From positions 1-48,097 of the forward strand of contig JAXIHJ010000013.1 in assembly GCA_034189755.1 (NCBI GenBank): 48,097 nucleotides of DNA. The letters are read 5' to 3'. Shown one piece after another: positions 42,465-48,097 of the stretch. Within the stretch, counting starts at the first letter, position 1. Every line of letters starts with the position of its first letter. Below the pieces are notes generated by a model, which was not told where the DNA came from, did not search any database, and worked only from the letters and a program-made list of their open reading frames with translations. Made by a program: the position numbers and the translations under genes. The DNA comes from Planctomycetota bacterium. Lineage in GTDB: Bacteria > Planctomycetota > Phycisphaerae > SM23-33.

Positions 42465-45437
42465 TCAACTACCGCCGCCGGTAACTGATTCTGTAACTAT
42501 ACGGTTGTCCCGCCGGTACCAGATAATTTTCGGGCTGGACCATCGCTGGGACCGCTCTGATGCGGCGTCTTCATAGTACAGGTTCGCGTTGGCCGGCGGC
42601 CGGCCCTGGCCGAAGCCCCACACGATAGCCAGGTCGCGCAACCGGTCGTAGATGAGCCGCTGGCCCAACACTTGCCGCGGGCCGTCTTTGAGGTTCACCT
42701 GTTCGGTGGCGGTGAACAAATCGAGCGGTCCGAGCCTCGGGCCTGCCTGCCAGGCGTCGGCGACCGGCTGCGTGGAGGTGCGGGCGTCCGGCGTGCCGAA
42801 TTTGGTCATGAGCCGCCGGCAGGTCAGCACCGTCTCCCGGCCGGCGCCGATTTCGCCCCAGGGCCTGACGTTGAGCCGCTTGGTCAGCACAACCTTCCGG
42901 CCGCTGCGATGGACCATCACCACGTCGCCTTCCATAACGCCGAGGCGCTTCTCCTGTGAAAGCTGGAGCGACTTTTGCCACTCGAACGCCGTCTGCGAGG
43001 GACGTTCTATGTTGGTGGTGGACTGGTCTGAATCGCCGTGGCGGGTTTCCGGCTGGCGGTAGTCCTCGACCAGCAGCGTGCCGGCGCCAGTTACATTCAG
43101 CTCGCTGAGGCGGGCGTCGTAAGTCAGGTGCTGGCCCGAAAGTTGAAGGCGGCGAAGCAGATGTCCGGCTTCGTCTTCCTTGTGGCTTCGCAGCTTGACG
43201 CGATTTTCAGCCAGGATCATCGCCACGCGCCGCCGGCTGTAGCGGTCCATGCCGACGAGGCGACTGCGTTTTTTTTCGGCCGCCGGGGCGGGTTCATCTG
43301 CCTGCAACTTTTCAAACCAAACCCGCATCGCCTGGCATTCCAAGTGGTCGTTGCCGCTGTCGAGCGTAACGTCGCCGGCGAATTCCGCTATGCCGGGCCG
43401 GCCGTTGTAGTCCATCCGTCTGGCGAAGGCGATTTCAACCGGTCGAGGCCGGCTCAGCTTGGCGCCGTTGAGGTCCTTGCCGGTGTTGAACCGCAACACG
43501 CCGCCGCCGCGGACGGAGACCGACTCGTCGGCCTCTTTCAAGTTGATGCGTTTGCCGCTGAGGCTGTTCGGCCCCTGCTTGATGCGCGCCGGGGCGCCCA
43601 GCAGGACGGCTTCACGGCGGATCAGGTCGCTGCTGAGCCGGTCGGCGACGGCGTGCATCGGCTCGTCCTGGTCGCGCCGGTCGGTTACCACAACGTCGTG
43701 CTCGGCCAACATGCTCACCGCCCGTACGCGCATCGACTCGTCGCCGGAGCCGGCCCGGCCGGGGCGTTCGGCGAACTCAACGGTAACCTTGCCGGCACGA
43801 ATATCGCTGCCTTCCTGGCGGGCCAATACGTCGCCGGTGGCGACCGCCATGTGAGGATACCTTCGCCCGCTCGCGCCGTCAGCCATCCAGACCTGAAGGT
43901 GCTCGCATCGCACAAAGTCGCCCGTCGCGGCCTGTTGAAGCCTAACCCGGCCACGGAAGGCGGCCTCTTCGATGACCTGGCGGGTACGTTCGGTTCCGTC
44001 ATTGCGGCGGACGGTCTGCCCGGCGAACTTAACCTGCACCGAGTCGCGCCAGTGGATGTAATCGGCCTTGGTTTTTTCGGCCTCAGGCCCGGAGGCCGCG
44101 CCGCGAACAATAGAACCCTCACCGAGCAGATTAGCCATGCCCGTCCGCCGGTCGAAACGAATCTTCCGGCAGGTAACCCTGTCGCCGGCGGCGAGGTTCA
44201 GTTCGGCGGGCTTTTGCCCGGCCCCAATCAGTTCGCCGACCTGGCCGGGGCTGACGAACGAGAACTCGCCGCAGACGGCGGTGGTCTGCGAATCCGTCAG
44301 CACGACCCGCTCGCCGGCGGCTGAAACCCGCCAACGCTCGTCGGACGGCTCGGCCACGTGCCCGATGGGCTTGAGCACCAGCGGGCCAGACCACCGGATG
44401 CGCATCGGCTGGCCTGCGGGCTTCTCGGCCGGCTGCGTCTCGGCATCGCCGGCGGGGGCGGTTGCCGGCCGGCTGGAGGCCCTGCGCGAACGGCGGCTGG
44501 AACGCTGCCACTCAAAGACCAGCGAGAGCCTCTCGGCACCTCGCACTCGACGATCGCCGCTGTCGACGCGCACGTCCTGGCCGTCGGCGGCGAAGAAGTC
44601 CGCCCGATAGACATTCTTGGCCGGCGGCTCGGCTGGAGTGTCCTCGTCCAGACCGGTAATCTGCGTGGCGGGCATGCTTGCAGGCGTCTGGGGCACGGAT
44701 GCCCCGGCCCCGGCCCGGCCAGGCCCGGCAGACGCGCCGCCGGGCAGCAGGACCGCATTCGCACGGGACGGCATGCTGTAGATGAGCATAGTCTTACCCT
44801 GCTCGATGCGAAGCTCTCGCAGCTCGCGCGGCACCTCGTTCCATCGCAGCAGAAGCCCCCTGCCGTGGATGTCGGCCTCGGCGGAAAGCAGCTTTACCGG
44901 GCCGGCGGTGGTTATCTCCTGAAGGTCGCTGTTGAAATACAGGTCATCGGTGAATATCCGGACGACGTCCCCCGGGCGCTGCTCCGGCGGCGTGCGGTCG
45001 GCCTTGGTTGAGCGGTCGAAGAAAATTCTCACGTTGCCGCGCAGGCTGCCTTTGCGGATGTTCCAGTCGCCGCCGGCCAGTTCTTCGGCGTAGACCGTGC
45101 CCTCATCGGCCCGAATGGTGATAACCTGGCCGCCCCGCTGGTACAATTCGATATCGGGGTCGGTCAGCAGGTAGCTTTCATCGTCCCGCTTGGTCCACCG
45201 CCTGGCCCCGTAGACGCCTTCGAGCCGGCCATGCCTGTCGCGGGTGATGGTGTGGAGGTCCTGGCCCTCGCCGGCGTCGGTTCGGCCCTGGACGGCGGTC
45301 GGCCTAGGGTGCCCGGCAGGCAGGTTAGGCCGGTCGGGTTCTTCGTCCTTCCAGCTATGGGTAACGATGTGATAAAGCCCGACCGTCACCAGCAGGGCCG
45401 CAAACGTACCGGCCAGCATAATCGCTTTTCGTTTCAT
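42465..45437 (-). CDS. Giant membrane-anchored protein of repeated OstA/LptA/LptC-like modules
   Basis: 990-aa ORF with an N-terminal anchor KAIMLAGTFAALLVTVGLY. Jellyroll-type strand motifs recur along the whole length: GSLRGNVRIFFD, FRGRVRLQQ, ATGDVLARQEG, AEHDVVVTDR, FAGDVTLDSGN, AENRVKLRSH, MEGDVVMVHR, ATEQVNLKDG. Its start overlaps the kdsC stop (ATGA), which is the position lptC-lptA occupy after kdsD-kdsC in E. coli. Confidence 0.6.
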   Translation of the reverse strand: MKRKAIMLAGTFAALLVTVGLYHIVTHSWKDEEPDRPNLPAGHPRPTAVQGRTDAGEGQDLHTITRDRHGRLEGVYGARRWTKRDDESYLLTDPDIELYQRGGQVITIRADEGTVYAEELAGGDWNIRKGSLRGNVRIFFDRSTKADRTPPEQRPGDVVRIFTDDLYFNSDLQEITTAGPVKLLSAEADIHGRGLLLRWNEVPRELRELRIEQGKTMLIYSMPSRANAVLLPGGASAGPGRAGAGASVPQTPASMPATQITGLDEDTPAEPPAKNVYRADFFAADGQDVRVDSGDRRVRGAERLSLVFEWQRSSRRSRRASSRPATAPAGDAETQPAEKPAGQPMRIRWSGPLVLKPIGHVAEPSDERWRVSAAGERVVLTDSQTTAVCGEFSFVSPGQVGELIGAGQKPAELNLAAGDRVTCRKIRFDRRTGMANLLGEGSIVRGAASGPEAEKTKADYIHWRDSVQVKFAGQTVRRNDGTERTRQVIEEAAFRGRVRLQQAATGDFVRCEHLQVWMADGASGRRYPHMAVATGDVLARQEGSDIRAGKVTVEFAERPGRAGSGDESMRVRAVSMLAEHDVVVTDRRDQDEPMHAVADRLSSDLIRREAVLLGAPARIKQGPNSLSGKRINLKEADESVSVRGGGVLRFNTGKDLNGAKLSRPRPVEIAFARRMDYNGRPGIAEFAGDVTLDSGNDHLECQAMRVWFEKLQADEPAPAAEKKRSRLVGMDRYSRRRVAMILAENRVKLRSHKEDEAGHLLRRLQLSGQHLTYDARLSELNVTGAGTLLVEDYRQPETRHGDSDQSTTNIERPSQTAFEWQKSLQLSQEKRLGVMEGDVVMVHRSGRKVVLTKRLNVRPWGEIGAGRETVLTCRRLMTKFGTPDARTSTQPVADAWQAGPRLGPLDLFTATEQVNLKDGPRQVLGQRLIYDRLRDLAIVWGFGQGRPPANANLYYEDAASERSQRWSSPKIIWYRRDNRIVTESVTGGGS

Positions 45438-45973
45438 GCCGGCCGGCCTTCTTCAGCGGGAAGATACCTGGCGAGGATTTGGTCCCACCGGCCAGACCCT
45501 TTAAGGATCAGCTCGATGACCTCGCGGACGGCGCCGCCGCCACCGGGCGCCTCGGTTACGTAGGCCGCCGCACTGCGAACCTCCTGAACGGCGTCGGCGA
45601 CGGCTATCGGCAGGGCGCACCGCTGCATCATCGGCAGGTCGGCCAGGTCGTCGCCCACCACGGCGGTCTGCTCGTTGGTCATGCCAAGCTCGGCGAGAAC
45701 TTCTTCATAGACCGGCGCCTTCCTGCGGATGTCCAGGCGGCAGATGTCCACGTCCAGTTCCTCGGCCCGGCGGATAACCGCCTGCGAGCCGCGCCCGGAA
45801 ATTATCGCCAGCTTGCCGCCGACCCGCTTCCAGTACTTCATGCCCGACCCGTCGCGGGCGTTGAACGCCTTGATCTCCTGGCCGGTCGACGTAAGGACAA
45901 TCCGCCCGTCGGTCAGCACGCCGTCAACGTCCAGGACGAGCAGTTCGATCTTGTCGGTTTTAATCTGCGTCAT
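45434..45973 (-). CDS. kdsC: 3-deoxy-D-manno-octulosonate 8-phosphate phosphatase
   Basis: 179-aa ORF with the HAD motif I LLVLDVDGVLTDGRI, then ...FNARDGSGMKYW...VGDDLADLP. It lies downstream of and overlaps kdsD. Confidence 0.88.
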   Translation of the reverse strand: MTQIKTDKIELLVLDVDGVLTDGRIVLTSTGQEIKAFNARDGSGMKYWKRVGGKLAIISGRGSQAVIRRAEELDVDICRLDIRRKAPVYEEVLAELGMTNEQTAVVGDDLADLPMMQRCALPIAVADAVQEVRSAAAYVTEAPGGGGAVREVIELILKGSGRWDQILARYLPAEEGRPA

Positions 45974-46961
45974 GGCTCACCGTCTTGATGCCGAGCAGGT
46001 CCTGAACGTCGATCACGCCGACGGGCCGGCCGGCGTCGTCCAGCACCGGCAGCTCGTCGATGCGATATTTGTTGAGCGTAGCCATGGCTTCGCTGGCCAG
46101 CTCGCCGACGTGAATGTGCTTCGGGTCGCGTGTCATAAGTTCGGCGACCGGCTCGTTGAGAATTTTCTCGCCGCCGGTTATCAGCGCCCGCCTAAGGTCG
46201 GCGTCGGTCAGGATGCCGCTGAGCCGGCTTTGCGAGTCCACCAGCAGCATCGCGCCGGTGCGTCGCGGTGTTTTTTCCGCCTCGGCCAGGGCCGCCGCGA
46301 CGGTCAGCGAGTCGTCGACGACGCTGAGCCTCTCGCCGGCGCAGAAGCTCATTGCCTCTTCGACCTTCAGCAGCTTTCTGCCAAGCGCACCGGCCGGGTG
46401 AAACACGGCGAAGTCTTCAGGCTGAAAGTTGCGCATCTGCATCACGGTAAGCGCCAGCGCGTCGCCGAGCGCCAACATGCACGTCGTGGAAACCGTCGGC
46501 GCCAGTCCAAGCGGGCATGCCTCCTGTAGAGGCCCGTAGCAGACAACGACGTCGGCGTGGCGGCCCAGCGGAGAATCGGCCGAGCCGGTTACGGCGATAA
46601 GCTTCGCGCCGCGGGCCTTGATGTGGTCCGTCAGCCGGACAAGCTCCTCGGTCGCCCCGCTGTGTGAAAGCGCCACAACCACGTCCCTGTCCTGCAGCCT
46701 GCCCAGATCACCGTGCAGCGCCTCGACCGGATGCAGAAAGATGCTCTGCGTGCCGGTCGACGCCAGCGTGGCGGAGATTTTCTCGCCGACTATGCCGGCC
46801 TTGCCGATGCCCGTCAGCACCACCTTGCCGCAGCAGCCGAAAACCGCCTCAGCCGCCGCGACAAACGATTCGCCGATCGTCTCGGCCAGTGCTGCTACGG
46901 CCTGGCCCTCCAGCTTCAGCGTCTGGCGGGCAAGCTCCAAATTCACTTGCGTTCCGTCCAT
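45960..46961 (-). CDS. kdsD: Arabinose-5-phosphate isomerase (SIS + tandem CBS)
   Basis: The SIS domain reads GKVVLTGIGKAGIVGEKISATLASTGT...ALSHSGAT and is followed by a CBS pair. The ATG at 46961 (MDGTQVNLELARQ) is preferred over the TTG at 46976. Confidence 0.88.
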   Translation of the reverse strand: MDGTQVNLELARQTLKLEGQAVAALAETIGESFVAAAEAVFGCCGKVVLTGIGKAGIVGEKISATLASTGTQSIFLHPVEALHGDLGRLQDRDVVVALSHSGATEELVRLTDHIKARGAKLIAVTGSADSPLGRHADVVVCYGPLQEACPLGLAPTVSTTCMLALGDALALTVMQMRNFQPEDFAVFHPAGALGRKLLKVEEAMSFCAGERLSVVDDSLTVAAALAEAEKTPRRTGAMLLVDSQSRLSGILTDADLRRALITGGEKILNEPVAELMTRDPKHIHVGELASEAMATLNKYRIDELPVLDDAGRPVGVIDVQDLLGIKTVSHDAD

Positions 46962-47065
46962 CGGATTAATTTCCAAAAAGGTTCCAAAAACTTCCCGGAA
47001 AACCGCCGCGCATTATGATTGCTCAGGCCGCGGCGGTCAAGCACAAGGGCTTCTTGCGGGCGCAT

Positions 47066-47219
47066 GTAGGTTTTGGTGGTTTTTGTCCCGCTCCCTTCCG
47101 TCCTGTGGTGAGCTTTGTCGAACCATCGCGGCTAGTACCGTTGAGTGTGCCAGTCGCGTCCCTACTAGCCGCGAGCGCTAAGCGAGCGGGATTTGTTTCC
47201 GCGACCGGAAGGGAGCGGG
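47066..47219. repeat. Mosaic palindromic intergenic repeat, full-length copy F (L-a-b-c-d-c'-e-a')
   Basis: The L motif GTAGGTTTTGGTG opens the element. The outer 14-bp inverted repeat is CCCGCTCCCTTCCG (47087-47100) with CGGAAGGGAGCGGG (47206-47219). The inner 12-bp inverted repeat is TCGCGGCTAGTA (47126-47137) with TACTAGCCGCGA (47163-47174). Module e carries a reversed a-variant, GCGAGCGGGATTT. Confidence 0.85.
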
Positions 47220-47274
47220 TGTTTGGAGCTTATAATTTGGAACTTGGAATTTTCGCCCCTTCCGTGCCTCCCTG

Positions 47275-47832
47275 CTACTTCTTTTTTCGCCTCGCGGCGA
47301 GCAGTTCGGCGTACGTCGCCGTAATCGGCTCACCGGTCAGGGACAGCTTGCGGCGGACGGAGTGAATCTTCTTTTCGTCGGTCGCTTCAATCTCGATGAA
47401 CTGCCCGAGGCCGGGCAGCGTGTCCAGCGCAATCAGGCAGCCGGCCAGGCTGTACGTGGCGCGGCGCTTCTCGATGAGAAGCGTCTCGACCAGCCCGCAG
47501 GCCCGGAGAATCCGCCGTGCAGCCTCGGCGTCGTCGCATCGGGTCTGGAGTTCCTCGCGGACCTTGCATCCGGCATGTGGGCGGCGCGGGCCTTTGTAGG
47601 TCAGCAGCGCTCCCCCGGCCGGCGGCAGCGCAGGTCCGGCCAGGCGGCGCGACCGGCGCAGGCGCAGGCCGCAGTCCGACCGCCTAAGCGCGCCGTCGGG
47701 CGTATCGAAGTAGATGTCAATCTGCCGGACAGTGCCGAGATACTCCGCGGCGAGGTTACGAAGAACCTTGCGGACAGGCTCGAGACTGTCGACCTGAAAT
47801 TTCATTTCGATTTCGTCGGGCATGGTGTGCAT
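47275..47832 (-). CDS. CYTH-domain protein (class IV adenylyl cyclase / triphosphatase family)
   Basis: 185-aa ORF whose N-terminus MPDEIEMKFQV carries the CYTH ExExK signature. Later basic and acidic strands (RLRR, KVREELQ, FIEIE) fit the triphosphate tunnel fold. Confidence 0.75.
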   Translation of the reverse strand: MHTMPDEIEMKFQVDSLEPVRKVLRNLAAEYLGTVRQIDIYFDTPDGALRRSDCGLRLRRSRRLAGPALPPAGGALLTYKGPRRPHAGCKVREELQTRCDDAEAARRILRACGLVETLLIEKRRATYSLAGCLIALDTLPGLGQFIEIEATDEKKIHSVRRKLSLTGEPITATYAELLAARRKKK

Positions 47833-48054
47833 TGTATCGGCCGGCCGGCCGCGATGCCAACGGCCGTCAGTCTTTTAGCAACAGTCCTTAAAAATATTTC
47901 AAAAAATCTCTCTCCGATTGGCCCGGCTCAACAACGAATCGTAGCCTTCTTCTGTCGCCGCTCGATGCGGCAGATACCAATAAATGTCGTGTCGTCGGCG
48001 TAACCGAACTTGCGGCCGGAGGGGCCGCAAACATTGCCTAAAGGAGGCGAAAAA

Positions 48055-48097
48055 ATGAAAAGCATTACCCTCACACTCGCAACCGTCGTAACCGCAC
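48055..48097 (+). CDS. Start of an unidentified secreted/membrane protein (truncated by window end)
   Basis: AAAGGAGG lies 7 nt upstream of the ATG at 48055. The translation MKSITLTLATVVTA looks like a signal peptide. Only 14 codons are visible. Confidence 0.4.
   Translation, partial: MKSITLTLATVVTA

Overview
GC-rich bacterial chromosomal segment, almost fully coding and mostly core housekeeping. On the minus strand at 1-5461 sits the conserved block tRNA-Thr / tuf / rpmG / tRNA-Trp / secE / nusG / rplK-rplA-rplJ-rplL. Then come glmS, rarA, a 5-formyl-THF cyclo-ligase, a LysM-YkuD L,D-transpeptidase, purM, a YjbQ-family gene, groES-groEL, rpsB-tsf-pyrH-frr with tRNA-Lys and tRNA-Glu, a TPR membrane protein, apgM, a PPi-type phosphofructokinase, pepP-accB-accC, a larE-like gene, a GH38 mannosidase and a CYTH protein. 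LPS biogenesis appears twice. One locus is kdsD-kdsC followed by a 990-aa protein built of repeated OstA/LptA-like modules. The other is a 1056-aa LptD-like protein preceded by an 806-aa HEAT-repeat lipoprotein. The very long Lpt proteins, 3-TM SecE, extended S2 and high GC suggest a Planctomycetota/PVC-type organism; this is inference only. The stand-out accessory element is a five-gene, translationally coupled ebo-type cluster (eboB-eboC-eboF-eboD-eboE, 18435-24081). It combines a TatD hydrolase, a UbiA prenyltransferase, a phosphodiesterase, a DHQS-like sugar-phosphate cyclase and a TIM-barrel protein. The ebo product is chemically undefined; here the gene order is non-canonical and eboA is absent. 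A second signal is a family of mosaic, nested-palindromic intergenic repeats at six loci, two of which bracket eboF-D-E in direct orientation. There is also a second conserved hairpin family with compensatory stem changes, and a roughly 540-nt lower-GC non-coding region upstream of rpsB ending in an orphan intrinsic terminator. I saw no rRNA, CRISPR array, transposase, integrase or prophage genes. All family assignments come from reading the translated sequences by eye; no searches were run.
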